Positions 29,245 to 42,760 of a stretch of DNA of 64,000 bases are shown one piece after another. Position numbers and translations under genes: made by a program. Each line of letters opens with the position of its first letter. Positions within the stretch are counted from its first letter, which is position 1. Below the pieces are notes generated by a model that made no database searches, was not told the DNA's origin, and saw nothing but the letters and a program-made list of their open reading frames with translations. This stretch comes from Octopus vulgaris (lineage: Eukaryota): NCBI GenBank assembly GCA_951406725.2, contig OX597827.1, forward strand, positions 20,460,001 through 20,524,000. The letters run 5' to 3'.

Positions 29245-29930
29245 ACAGAAATGACCCCAAAATGGCAAAAATTCAAAAGATAGTGCTCATAGGAACTGCC
29301 CATATCCTACGTAAAATGCTGTCGATGTAATCTCAAATTTTAAAGCAAACTCATAAATTTCTTGTGTTTTCTTAAACAATATAGGCGCAGGAGTGGCTGT
29401 GTGGTAAGTAGCTTGCTAACCAACCACATAGTTCCGGGTTCAGTCCCACTGCGTGGCATCTTGGGCAAGTGTCTCCTGCTATAGCCCCGGGCCGACCAAT
29501 GCCTTGTGAGTGGATTTGGTAGACGGAAACTGAAAGAAGCCTGTCGTATATATATATATATATGTGTGTGTGTGTTTGTGTGTCTGTGTTTGTCCCCCTA
29601 GCATTGCTTGACAACCGATGCTGGCGTGTTTATGTCCCCGTCACTTAGCGGTTCGGCAAAAGAGACCGATGAATAAGTACTGGGCTTACAAAGAATAAGT
29701 CCCGGGGTCGAATTGCTCGACTAAAGGCGGTGCTCCAGCATGGCCGCAATCAAATGACTGAAACAAGTAAAAGAGTAAAAGAGTATTCTCTAGAACAATA
29801 CTATGTGCAAAACCAAATATATGGCACCCTAGGCATAACACCAACATCAAACTTCTAACTTGTCTCTTGAGGTCTCTGGATGAGACTTGGAGCCAACTTG
29901 TACAAATACAAAGCAAAAATCAAACGTATA
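29245..29930 (+). mobile_element. 3' end of a Dong/R4-like LINE in (TAA)n, interrupted by a SINE
   Basis: PKMAKIQKIVLIGTAHILRKMLSM* matches the Dong/R4 C-terminus (IQK..L.GTA.ILRK.L); (TAA)n upstream and (CAA)n(TAA)n downstream. Confidence 0.8.
29383..29785 (+). mobile_element. SINE family A, inside the Dong-like 3' UTR
   Basis: Near-identical to 16501-16929. Confidence 0.9.
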
Positions 29931-30593
29931 ACAACAACAACAACAATAATAATAATAATGGTTTCTACACTTATAACAATCATTATTAGTCTTTCATTTG
30001 TCTACTCCGACTTATGTATATCCGGGACTACATATACCAAAATGTCTCTTCTTCGTTTGATGAACTTTGATTGTTATTTCTAGCAGATGGAGCAACCACA
30101 TATAAGTGCCGTTAGCCACGTAACCAATCTTTTATCTGTAACAGTGAAATATTTTCAATTGCCGCCCCTTTAACGATCATACTTCCTTTTAAAGTCATTT
30201 TGATGCTGGAGATCGGAAACTTTTTATCACTTTATTTCCGTCTGTTCGACTTGCTTTGTTTTTGTTAACTTTGTACATTAAACTGAACAGCTTTCAGCTG
30301 TTCAAAAAAGATAAGCGCCTACCTCCTCCTGTATACTTCTCACCCACACATCCTACCTACCTACCTACCTACCTATCTACATACCTACCTACCTACCTAC
30401 CTACCAACCTACCTACCTACCTGCCTTACTATTCTGACTGCTTGTCTAAATGCTACCCCTCCATTGTCTACATAATATGCACCTACCTATTTGCCAAGTT
30501 AACTAGCAACCAATTACTTACGTGTGCATGCATGAAAAACTGTTTATATGTATGTAAGCATATGTGTTTATGAATATTTGTACATCTCACCGA

Positions 30594-30644
<51 letters not shown>

Positions 30645-30846
30645 CCTACCCCTGTCTGTCTGTCTGTCTGTATGCCATTTTCCTATATTACTTCATATTT
30701 TTAAAAAAAACTACCATTCGATAAATTATAAACATTTCACATTTTATATCTCTGAAGAGCAGAAGAGTTGTCTATAAATGCTTATCAATATAGGATTCCA
30801 TTAAAGGGACAGTACTTCTACGAAACGATCGTAAAATGCTTTAAAC

Positions 30847-31081
30847 ACTTAATTCGAAACTTTTAAAATGTCATTATTATATATATATATCTATAATATA
30901 AATTGGACATGGGGGCGATCGTTGTATTTTTTCTTGTCTTGGGGTTCACAGCCGAACGGCTGGGTGGATTCGCGTGAAAAATGGCACACCTGTGGGGACG
31001 GGTGCATAGATTGGAATGCGGTTTGTATTTTTTTCCTAGTATTATATATAATAATGGCATTTTAAAAGTTTCGAATTAAGT
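30847..31081. mobile_element. Small TIR element (~40-bp TIR acttaattcgaaacttttaaaatg.cattattatatata)
   Basis: Inverted arms 30847-30887 and 31041-31081 around a GC-richer core. Confidence 0.7.
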
Positions 31082-31396
31082 TTTACATATATTTATATTT
31101 TTAATACAACAATTATTTTACACACGTATATGTCTTTCTGAAGAATTTTCTAATATTGATTTCCTGATATTAATAATAATATATTATATAAAAAATATAT
31201 GTATGTATGTGCGTGTGTGCGTGCGTATAAAGACACAATAGCACACATCTGCAACATATTAATAATGCATGCATACACTTATTTTTGTCCCATCGTGTGT
31301 GCACATATCTTTATAACGTTGTCTGCATCTATCTGTGCGCATAAGAATGCACGCAGATATATAATACATAAGATATACATATATATATAATGAATA

Positions 31397-31454
<58 letters not shown>

Positions 31455-32237
31455 CATGTATGTATGCATGTATGTATGTATGTGTGTATGTATGTATGTA
31501 TGTATGTATGTGTGTATACACACACACGCGATGAAATCTCCGACAAGTCTCGACGAATGATGGTCCGTTAGTTCAGCTGCTGATCTACAAATCTATAATC
31601 GAACAGTTAGCCTCCTCATACTCTTCGTTTATTTAGAACTAGCAGTAAAATGTTGTTTCTGACCAGCGATACGTTTGGGAATTCCCAGAAAAATAACGCA
31701 CAACGTACCCTGACTTCGCTGTACGGAGGACTGCCCAAGGTTTTATTTCGGAGTAGCCCTCTATTACACACATAGCTGAACTAGAATTAAGTGGAGTCTT
31801 TCACCTCGTGGGACTGATGGTGTGCCGCAAATCGACGTGAAATTTTGAAGCATCAAAGCTACCTCACCAGGCCATCCTGGTGGCTGAGACAGTTTAGTCG
31901 CTGACGACCTGACCATTAAACAGATTCTGCTAGTTTACATGTTACCTGCAGCCTCCTCACACAACCTGATAGGTCATATCTATCTATTTATCTATCTACC
32001 TACCTACCTGTCTGTCTGTCTATGTGTGCGCGCTTGCTTGCTTGTGTGTATGTGTGTAAAGGTGACCAAACTACATTGCTGGCAGATATATTTTAATCGA
32101 TTGATTAACAGTAGATGAACTTAATGACAAATAAGTGTAATAGAGACAGGAGATTATTGTAACACTGAAAGATTAAAATATTAGCAGACAAATTAGTGTT
32201 TGTTGGCTATATATGTACACATTACACACACACACAC

Positions 32238-32369
<132 letters not shown>

Positions 32370-32432
32370 GATCGACTTTACCCTTCATCCTTTCGGGGTT
32401 GACAAATTAAGTACCAGTGAAACACTGCAGTC

Positions 32433-32634
32433 TGTTTCTTTATTACCCAAAAGGGGCTAAACATAGAGGGGAGAAACGGATTAAGTCGATTACATCGACC
32501 CCCAGTGTGTAACTGGTACTTAATTTATCGACCCCGAAAGGATGAAAGGCAAAGTCGACCTCGGCGGAATTTGAACTCAGAACGTAACGGCAGACGAAAT
32601 ACGGCTACGCATTTCGCCCGGCGTGCTAACGGTT
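32433..32634 (-). mobile_element. SINE family B inserted antisense into an older relative
   Basis: Flanked by ctgcagtc direct repeats (32425-32432/32635-32642); host SINE spans ~32372-32705. Another partial copy at ~36465-36603(-). Confidence 0.85.
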
Positions 32635-32869
32635 CTGCAGTCGATGTAATCGACTAGTCCCCTCTCACCTGAATTTCAGGCCGTGTGCCTTTAGTAGAAA
32701 GGATTATTATTATTATTTCTGTTTGACCAAGTTGGAGCGTCTCTTATTTAAATTCTTGTGGAAGGGACGCATTCCAATGGTCAGGCGGTCAGTCTGTTGC
32801 CAGCGTCCTCTGAGTGGCTGATTAGGTATGCCGTGGCTCCTAATGCGCAGACACGCTCTTATGTTATGT

Positions 32870-33650
32870 CACCTGCAATGATTTCTCGACGGTGAGCGTG
32901 TGTGGGCTCAGTTTGTGGGGTTCGTCTTTTCGCAGCTCGTCTCCTTGATGAAGCTGCAGTCCTGGGTGAAGAAAGAGCGAGACTGGGCGCCTGGCAACTA
33001 GAATGTCGTCAGGCGCTCACAACCCTCTACCAGTCGAGCAATGGAATCGGCGGATGTTTCGCTTTAGAGATTTATGGAGGATTAGTGGCAGGGAAGTGCA
33101 ACGACGTTCTCTGGGCGCCGACGAGAACAAACTGGCTAGTCTGTTCCGGAGGACTTTCTAGTCGGGAGCTATCATGGATAATTTCCAGATGTCCTTGGCC
33201 TGACCACTACCGGTTCGAGATAAACTCTACAGGCACGGATTTGCTGTCAGATGGGCTTGTCCGAGGTGCTCACAGAGTAATGAAACCGTTCTGCACGCCC
33301 TCGTTCAGTGTTCGGGCATTGCTAACTTGTCGGTTATGTCGAACAGCTGCTGTCATGTGTGGGACGGATCCCTCTGTCGGCTGAGTCTGTAGTGATGATC
33401 GCACCGCCGCCCTCCTTCAACTGGGCAGGCAAAGCAGTTTTCCTTTGCCTGGAGGCTGTGGCGAAAGAGGTCGTTTGGTGGACAAGGCTGAAAGGCATGC
33501 AGACAGATACATTACTTCTTGGTAGAGTTCTCATTGACTTCTTCAAGTTTCACTTGAAAAGGAAATTGAGAGTGAGGAGTGAAGTGCTGTCCTCAAGTGA
33601 GTTTATTGAAAGGTGGGTGAAAGTTGCGAAAATGGCAAGAGTGGAGCGCC
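32870..33650 (+). mobile_element. L1/Tx1-like LINE ORF2 C-terminal remnant
   Basis: GC-richer segment with AVAKEVVWWTRLKG...FFKFHLKRKLRV...FIERW, typical of L1/Tx1 ORF2 ends. Confidence 0.6.
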
Positions 33651-35074
33651 AGTCAAAACAACGACGTGCACATTTATATTTAACACTATTCTCTACTTTA
33701 GAATATAGAAGACATTCACCACGGGACTCTTGTCTCGGAGAGAAGTTCCTTGTAAGAAATCCCATTGAGCTGAGCTTTAAATGTCGTCATCGGACTGTGT
33801 GACCGGCGTTTCGGAATGATTCTACCACTTCGGTGACACACCATTTCAGTCGTTCATAACCCAGTCGGGGCTTCTGTCATTGTATGGGAACAACCAACAA
33901 TACTTTGGCTGATGAATGCTGAGGTTTTGTTACACAGGCACACACGCAAACACACACACATACACATACGTACACCCCACATATACATGCGCACGCACAC
34001 AGGGGTAATTGTTCAGTTTGGTAAGATTAAAAAAAGTAAATAAAAATTAAGAGGGAGATAAGTAGCAAACGAAGCAAAGGGACGAATCAATCTTAGGGGA
34101 ATCGTGGACTAGCTTTCAATTAGGAAAAGCTGGAGACAACATTCTTCAGTGGTTGGCACGGCTAATTATGAATATGTACACCTGTGGAAATTGTAATTCA
34201 CCATGTGGCCTTACTACATGTGCTGACGTAACTGATGGGAAATTATGGCACTGCTAGCGTTGTAAAAGGAGCAAATCTGTTCGTTAACGTTCATTTTTTG
34301 AGAGAAGTCATATTTCGCCTGTTTGTGTAAAATGATGACTTATCTCCCCCTTGATTTTTATTTACTTTGTTAATCTAACCAAACTGAACAATTACCATAA
34401 ACACACACGTCTACACAAGCACACCCCCATTCATATACACATACATGCACACATATACGCACACACGGAAATACACACACACGCACTTGCACACACATGT
34501 ACACAAGCATATACACATTCGCATACACACGCATGTACACAAGCATGCACACACATATACAAGTACGCATACATACACGCACATGCATACGTAAGCATGC
34601 GCGCGCGAGTTGTTATTGTAGTTTAACCCCAGGTCATCTCTGATCCTGCAAACCGATGATCGAAGGTATTCCAGCAACCTTTATTTTTTTGGTTTAGTCT
34701 TCTACGGATTATATCAGCCAAAGAATCCAGTTTCTTTTTTTTTTTAAATCTTTTAAAGCTGCTTGGGTGTGAGAATAGGGGAAATTTTGATGTCAAAAAA
34801 AAGAAAAGAAAAGATGAAGATAAAGCAACAGATAGAATGCATGATGGCCACGAGTGGAATGCGTTTAAAAAAGATTGGATGGTCACGACTGGAACACTTG
34901 AATTCGCGCATCTGCGCACATCTTTGTGAATCCACACATAAAAGAATCACACATTTAATTTCATATTTTAAAAATGTTCTATTTCGGACGCTAAACTACA
35001 GTGTTACCCAATCAATTACTTCTCGGTCTCTGTCGGTGATGCAAATATAAATATATATAAGTTTGTGTGTGTAT

Positions 35075-35410
35075 ACCGCACGGTTGCGGGTTCAGTCCCA
35101 CTGCGTGGCATCTTGGGCAAGTGTCTTCAGCTATAGCCCCGGGCCGACCAATGCCTTGTGAGTTGATTTGGTAGACGGAAACTGAAAGAAGCCTGTCGTA
35201 TATATGTATATATATGTATATGTGTGTGTGTTTGTGTGTCTGTGTTTGTCCCCCTAGCATTGCTTGACAACCGATGCTGGTGTGTTTAGGTCCCCGTCAC
35301 TTAGCGGTTCGGCAAAAAGAGACCGATAGAATAAGTACTAAAAGGTGGTGCTCCAGCATGGCCGCAGTCAAATGACTGAAACAAGTAAAAGAGTAAAAGA
35401 GTAAAGAGTA
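35075..35410 (+). mobile_element. SINE family A, 5'-truncated
   Basis: Matches the family from the B-box onward, with an internal deletion. Confidence 0.88.
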
Positions 35411-35414
35411 TATA

Positions 35415-35493
<79 letters not shown>

Positions 35494-35494
35494 T

Positions 35495-35540
<46 letters not shown>

Positions 35541-36078
35541 CAGATAGATAGAAAAAATTAGTGACCACCACCTCGCAACTTTCTGAAAAATGCATATTTT
35601 TAAATACAATTTTGTAGAGATACATTTTCGAGGGTGTACATTACTCCACAGTGATATTTCAGACCACGTCAACCTGATTTAAACAAAGAAAAAAATATTA
35701 AAGTTACGAAAATTGGTTTTAACAATGTCAGAACGGCGGAGGAAGAACTGTCCGAAACACCTCCAAAAAAACTTTTTTTTTTATAAGTTTTATCCCCAGA
35801 ACTGTAATCTACACCTCCGAAAAGACCTTTCTATGAAAATTCATTTAAAATTATACGTTTTTCAGGCAGCTATAAATAAACGAAGTCGGTGGAGCACCAT
35901 TCTATAGTTAAGTCCAAACGGGTTTAAATAAAACAAATTGATTGTAAAAAGAATCGATATTTAGTGACTATCGATAACAAAGAGAAGTTGTGTCTGGGCT
36001 TCCATACTTTCTTCAGTTGCCCAGTTTTTCTTTTTGTTTTTCAAATTCGCCTCTAGTCACAGGGCTGCAGCTTTCCAG

Positions 36079-36334
36079 CCAATCAATGCTCCAGATTTCA
36101 GTCACGTGACTCTTAACCGTCCTTTCTGTCCAACTAAAAATCAACAAAAACAACATCAGACGTTCAACTAGCATTTACTTATATTATTAATTAACAGTTG
36201 TTTTCATTACGTTTATGTTTTATTTATTCCCCTTCCCCCGATATTATCAAACATCCGACCCTTATTTATTTCGTCATCGATCGGACTTTATGAATCTATA
36301 ATAATTGGATGTTAAAGAACTTTTAAAGGTAAGT
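36079..36334 (+). promoter_or_regulatory. Candidate promoter plus non-coding first exon
   Basis: CCAAT at 36079-36083, perfect palindromic E-box/CLEAR motif GTCACGTGAC at 36101-36110, then unique sequence ending in a consensus donor AAG|GTAAGT at 36328/36329. Confidence 0.35.
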
Positions 36335-38061
36335 TTCTATTTCCATCTAATTAAACCTGGTGCATGTAAACAGGTGCAACTGTTCAAGCCATACTCTTAA
36401 CTATTTGATTTGAGCTTAGAGAGAGAGAGAAAGAAAGAAAGAAAGGAGTTAATTTAAGCAATATCTATTTCTTTACTACCCACAAGGGGCTAAACACAGA
36501 GGGGACAAACAAGGACAGACAAACGGATTAAGTCGATTATATCGACCCCAGTGCGTAACTGGTACTTATTTAATCGACCCCGAAAGGATGAAAGGCAAAG
36601 TCATCGTCACACCAATTATCGTACGACTGAATACATTTTCCACTCGTTTTATATGCGAAAGAAGGGCTGATTGAAAGGAAATGGATCCCTTATAAAAGCA
36701 CCTTACATCATATATGTGTGTGTGCGTGCGCGCGCATAACATAGGCATACCTACAACTATGTATATATACAGGAAGCGTGGAACTCGAAGTAACTTTCTG
36801 CTTCCAAATATATAATTTTATTTGCCCCACATTTTTATGCTAAAATGCAAACACACTCACACACAGAGACGTGTGTGTTTGTTAATTAGATTCATTGGAA
36901 GTTTACTAATTAACACACGCCAGTTAATTCTTTTAAAGTTGCATTACTATTATTACTTGTATTTTCAGCTTAATTACACACAAATTTAAATATGTAACAC
37001 ACACAGCTGTCTTGTAAACTTTGTGAAAGATTATCTTTTTTCTGAATGGCTAAATCGCTTAATCCATAATTTTCGTATTACTGATTAATTGTGAAGAAAA
37101 AAGAAAAAGAAAAAAAACCCTATTAATCCTCAATAAATCGATTTTAAAAGATATTTTACTCTAAAATAAATAGTTTATTTCTTGTGGATTGTCAGTGGCT
37201 CTCAACAGGTGACACAAAACTCGGATTATTTGAACAGCGTAACGTATATGACATATATGTGTGTGTAGATATGACAAAAATGTATGCGTTAGGAAGGAGA
37301 AATCATTCCTGCTTACATATGTATACAAGGTAAATGTGTATGGATATAAGGTGAATACTTATGTATGTTTATAAGATGTATACCAGTGTATAGAGATAAA
37401 GATATATTACAAATGTAGGCGTGTGAATGTATATAAGATGTTATACACATCTTTTACAAATGTGTATAAAATAAACACATGTATACGAAGGTAAAAGAAA
37501 CTTTTTATCTGATAGTGTAACGGTCTCAGCCATGATGGTCATATCAATCTGCCCCTGCGTTAATGCTGAAAGTATAAATCGTTGGGATGCCAAAGTGAAG
37601 GTTTATAAAGTCTAAATATTAAATTTTGTTGGTGTCGCCCATCTTACTACACCAAACAGGTCATTAAGGAGTCGGTCATCTGTGTGGTCGATTGACATGC
37701 TAGAAATAATAGTCAAATTGATCTTAATCCACCTCACCATCTTAGAAAGATGCATACACTATGCCTAGAACTCCCCGCTTTCAAAAAGCTAAAATCTCCG
37801 AATGTTTCACTTTCGTCTGATGTCTCACGTATACGTAGAATTCTGCTGAAGTTGCAGACGCCAAAAATATCAGACCACCACCAGAAAACCTGACATGCTA
37901 GAAACAACAGCTAAACGACATTATTTTTGAAAAAAACTTACCCGCTTTAAAAAAAGCTAAAAGTGAAACTTTCGAAGTTTTTAACTTTTTGAAAGTGGGG
38001 AGGTGATGGGTGGAAGTTGGGGAAGGGTATTTGAGTGTTTCTTCAAAAAAATTTTTTTTTC

Positions 38062-38457
38062 GGATCTTTTCGGTTTGAACGGTAGTTTTTTTCTAGCGTT
38101 GTCATATGAAATTGTCACCCATAATTATAACCCTAGTATCGATCTATTGCATTTCAATCTGTTTTAGGGTCAGGGTATCTTTTTCTTCACAAATGTAAAT
38201 AAACCCAATCTGTTTCTTAAGCGAGGGACATATTCATACGGCACAGAATGTTTTTTACCTCAATAGACGTCAGTGATTGGTTGAAATTGCAAAAATTGAA
38301 GGAAAAAGCAACAAATATCTTACAAACTATAGAATTTTCTCAATAAAGCCAAGAGAAAAAGATGTTTTATATACACATTCTACCAGTATACGAAGTTTTA
38401 AATATTTTAGTTACCTAGAAATTATGTTAAAAACTGCCGTTCAAACCGAAAAGACCC
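38062..38457 (+). mobile_element. MITE family 1, copy 5
   Basis: TIRs with single mismatches; TSD tttttttc/tctttttc; telomeric tract nearly deleted. Confidence 0.9.
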
Positions 38458-39300
38458 TCTTTTTCATTATAAATTTCATTTTGATACACACTTTTGTTAT
38501 CAATTATATAGATAATTGCAAACATGGTCTGTAAAGATAACTTATTTTTATACAATATCTATGTGTACATTTTCATAAATGTTTCTCTTGCGCGAATCAC
38601 CCCTACAAATACCCGCACATAGTTCTTGGGGGCTTAACAATCATGGCTGAAGTACAATTTTGGAATTAAGAATGGTATGTAAAAATAGCTTCTTCTGCAC
38701 ACTACTCAACTTCAATTGAAATGACCTTTTTTTATTTTGTAATTTGTGTTTGTGATGAACGTACATAAAAACCTGATCCTCGATATAAACTTAAAATGAA
38801 GTTTTTTCAGAAATCGTGTCGTTTAGCTGTTGTTTCTAGCATGTCGGAAGTGACATTTGCGCCCCACCCTTTTCTTTTGCCAAAATTTCCTCGGATTCCT
38901 GTTTTCGATACAGGAGATTAGGATTTTGCCCCCAAAATACGTTTTCAAGATTTCAATTTCCCCCTCCTCACACCAATTAAAAAATTTTTAACTTTTTCGC
39001 TTTTTTTTTTTTTGTAATTCACGTAGAAAAATACAGAGATTACGAATCTTTTTCTTTTTGAATATTTCTTAAAGAAATACTTAAATCTCCTTCCTCGACC
39101 TCCACACTTTCAAAAAGCTAAGCTCTCTGGGGAAAGCGGGGTAGTTTTTTCAGAAATCGTGTCGTTTAGCTGTTGTTTCTTGTATGTCGAGTTTTCTGGT
39201 GGTGGTCTGATGCTTTTTTTTCGTCTGCTATTTCTGTAGAATTCTACGCATGCGTGAAACATCAGGCGTAAATGAAACATTCGGAGTTTTTAGCTTTTTC

Positions 39301-39853
39301 GGATCTTTTCTAAAAGATGGACAGAATTTTCTACTTAACTAAATAATTTGAAACTTCGTATACTGGTAGAATGTGTCAAAAGAAAACATTAATTTCAATT
39401 AGTTTTTTTGAGAAAAATGTATTTTGTAACTTTTACGTAGTTTAATTCTTCGAATTTTAACCAATCGTATTCTCTGTTTTGAGCTCAATTCATTCTGCCG
39501 TGTTATTCATCCTTATCACTGTCTTCTGTGTTCTGTCTTCAAAGGCTTCTCGCATGTTTATTTCAATGTCATCCCTGACTTACGGAACGATTACCTGTGT
39601 GTGTGTGTTTTTGTTGTGTATGTGTGATAAGACAGTGATAAGGATGAATAACACGCCAGAATGAATTGAGCTCAAAACAGAGAATACGATTGGTTAAAAT
39701 TCGAAGAATTAAACTACGTAAAAGTTACAAAATACATTTTTCTCAAAAAAACTAATTGAAATTAATGTTTTCTTTTGACACAGTCTACCAGTATACGAAG
39801 TTTCAAATTATTTAGTTAAGTAGAAAATTCTGTCCATCTTTTAGAAAAGATCC
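39301..39853. mobile_element. Foldback (palindromic) element related to MITE family 1
   Basis: 225-bp inverted arms 39301-39525 and 39629-39853 with about 2 mismatches. Same GGATCTTTTC terminus and colinear motifs (aaacttcgtatactggtagaatgtg, aattttaaccaatc) as one end of the MITE. Confidence 0.92.
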
Positions 39854-40491
39854 GGGGAGGTGATGGGTGAGCAAGGGGTGGAGGGAAAGGCATTGAGTGT
39901 TTCTTTAAGAAAATTTTTTTTTTTAATCCCAGATTCATAATCTCTGTATTTTTCTACGTGGATTTTTTAAAAATCAGAAAAAAAAAGTTTAAAATTTAGA
40001 AATTGGGGTGGAGAGGAGGGAATTGAAATTTTGAAAACGTGATTTTGGGGCAAAATCGTATTCTCCTATGTCGAAAACAAAAACCCGAAGAAATCTTGGA
40101 AAAATAAAAACGGAAGTGAGTAGTGTGCACGCGCTTTACCTTCGCCCAGCTCTTTATTTCTAGTAATATAGGTGTTTCTAAAACCCTAGTCACACTTAGT
40201 GACGATTATAGTTTTCCTTTTTAGTGAAACATTGCAAACTGTTGTCTGTTTTTATTTTCACCATGTTGGACCGTTGAACTACACATTTAAAAAAAAAAAT
40301 TCTATTTCATTCTCTCTATTTATTTTCTCTTATTCCTTTCTGTCGAAGAGTGTAGGCTCGAAACGTACAAGACTTTTCCATTTTCCCCGTCAAAGTATAA
40401 TACACTTGCTTGTTGTTCCTACTCTTGTCTTCGTTTTTTGATTCTCTATAAATTTCAACTATTTATATACGCACACACACACACACACATA

Positions 40492-42417
40492 CAGAGCTAG
40501 GCGTACGTACGTTAATTAACGATTTAACTTTTAAGTTAACTTTGAAAATCATCAGCGGAATAATTAACTTCCGTTAACTCGAGTCCGTTAACCCCAAAAT
40601 TTCGTAAAAACCAGTAAACGTTTTAAAGTTTCTACTGTTTTCAGATTGTCTTACAATATTTAATATTGTACGCGTCATTATTTCAACCCCGATATAACGC
40701 CACTTATTAGTATGAATAACTTGTAGGACCTTGTTTGGCCCTGTCTGGATTGGAAGCCAAATCTACGCGCTTGTTGCTGGCAAAGACAACGGGAAATTTG
40801 TTCTGTCAAGAGGGAACAGTGATTGATGTTTCCACTTGATTCGTGACCTCGCTGAGATGGATGTCAACAGAGAAAATATTGACTTCCATAAAGTGGAAAA
40901 AGTAAATGGAAGGAAAAAAGTTGGTAAATATTTCGGTGTGAACGCAAGTAGCTATTACGTAGCAGCAGAGCATGCTAGGAATAGCAGCCAAATATTTCCT
41001 TTTCTGAAAAAAGGAGCCGTTTACGCGTGATTTCGATGTCACGTTCGTTGAAAGCATGCAAAGGCCCGAGAAACAAAACTCCCTTGGTGGGAAACTTCGA
41101 GGTTCCCACCACCTCTCACCTTTCTTTTCCGGAAAAAACGTGACTTGCGGCGGGTTTGGATGTCAGATACGCTGAATGCACCCGAAAAAAACTGTGGAAA
41201 AAAGTTATTCCACACCGAGGTGCGAAATATTTACCGAAAGAATAAAATCTTGTACCGATTATTCCTGTATTTTAATTAATTCAAATTAATGTACCTCATC
41301 TTCAAAAGTGGCAAAATGTTTGTCGGTTGCCATCTGGGATGATTTTAGTTACAAATCAAACAGGTGATGCATTAAGAATTTCAATTTTAGTGTTTATCCA
41401 TAATGTTATTGCTTTTACACCTGTTAATTAAATTTACCTGCCCATAAAAGTCAAATTTACTCAGCAAGATCAGCTAAAATTACATAGGCACCCACTGACA
41501 AAATTTCAAATCTGTATGTAAAAAAATTACAAAATTACAAGCAAATATTGTGGATACCCCTCTTGAACCTGAATAATTCAAAATAACGTGAACAAATACG
41601 CATCACATTTGACAGATTAATAAGAACATTAAAGATACTGTAGGTGTTTTTTTTTCTCTTACACACACACATAACACGGCCTCGCTTGGTTGGGACTATA
41701 CGTGTGTTTCTTTGAGATCATCATTCCATAAAATTTGTTTATGGGAAGTAAAATATTGAAAAATATCAATAAATGTGTGCGAAAGAAACGAGGAGGGAGG
41801 TTTTGGGATGTGCTAGAAACAAAAGCCAAATCTCCCTTAATTCACACATTTTGCTCTGAAATTATTAACGATTTTTTAAAACCAAAAATGTTTCTCTCAC
41901 GGGTTTTAAGTGCCTAGTGAAAAAAAATGGCCGAAATCGTTTCGGACTGGGGTAGTGGGGGTGAAAAAAATTTTCGAAATGTTTTTTCGTGAAAAGATGC
42001 GGCAAGACTTCCGCCAAACCCTCTCCGCCTCCATAAATTTTGCCTACAGATTTCTTTGTAATCGTAATCTACACCGTTTGAAAGGTATTTAAATAAAATT
42101 TCATTGAAAAATACCTATTTTCCAGAAAGTTATGAGGGGGGAAATGTCAGGTCCTGTGAATTTTCCGAAACTCCTCATCCCAACCCCTCGGAAAATGTCT
42201 TTCCAACAAATCTTTATATACACTCAATCTACAGGATATAAACGATTATTTGGTGAAAGTTTCGTTAAAAAGCATCCATTCTTCTGGAAGTTGAGGCAAC
42301 AAAGTTGGTGGGGTATTAAACTGTAGTTATGCCTTCAATAAAAGTTACGTTACCTTCCGTTACATTTTCAAAGGATTAACGACTATCGAATTTTTCGATT
42401 AACGGTGTCCACTTCTG
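40492..42417. mobile_element. Possible old hAT-type non-autonomous element with nested repeats
   Basis: Degenerate termini CAGAGCTAGGC / GTCCACTTCTG and clustered GTTAAC/TAACG subterminal motifs at both ends; no TSD visible. Confidence 0.35.
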
Positions 42418-42535
42418 TTTATATATATATATCGTACTCTTGCTTGTTTCAGGTGACTTACCACTGCTACTTGTACCATTCTGAACGCTTCGAGTAGTGT
42501 TCTGTTAGAGAACTTTAGTCTGTTTTATTGAAGAG

Positions 42536-42537
<2 letters not shown>

Positions 42538-42596
<59 letters not shown>

Positions 42597-42627
42597 ATGT
42601 ATATGTGTGTGTGTGTGTGTATGTATA

Positions 42628-42666
<39 letters not shown>

Positions 42667-42725
42667 ATGTATATGTGTGTGTGTGTGTATGTATATGTGT
42701 GTGTGTGTGTATGTATATATATGTG

Positions 42726-42760
<35 letters not shown>

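Larger units (their letters stand above)
37765..40118. repeat. Older nested inverted-repeat complex hosting MITE copy 5 and the foldback
   Basis: ~37770-37950 is a diverged reverse complement of ~39130-39300; ~38865-39110 is a diverged reverse complement of ~39854-40110. Confidence 0.75.

Noticed and set aside
33796-33840. Minus-strand TGTGT...CCGAAACGCCGGTC-ACACA hammerhead-like 3' half
   Set aside because: The CUGANGA half is unrecognisable (CACCGAAGT); chance or heavy decay.
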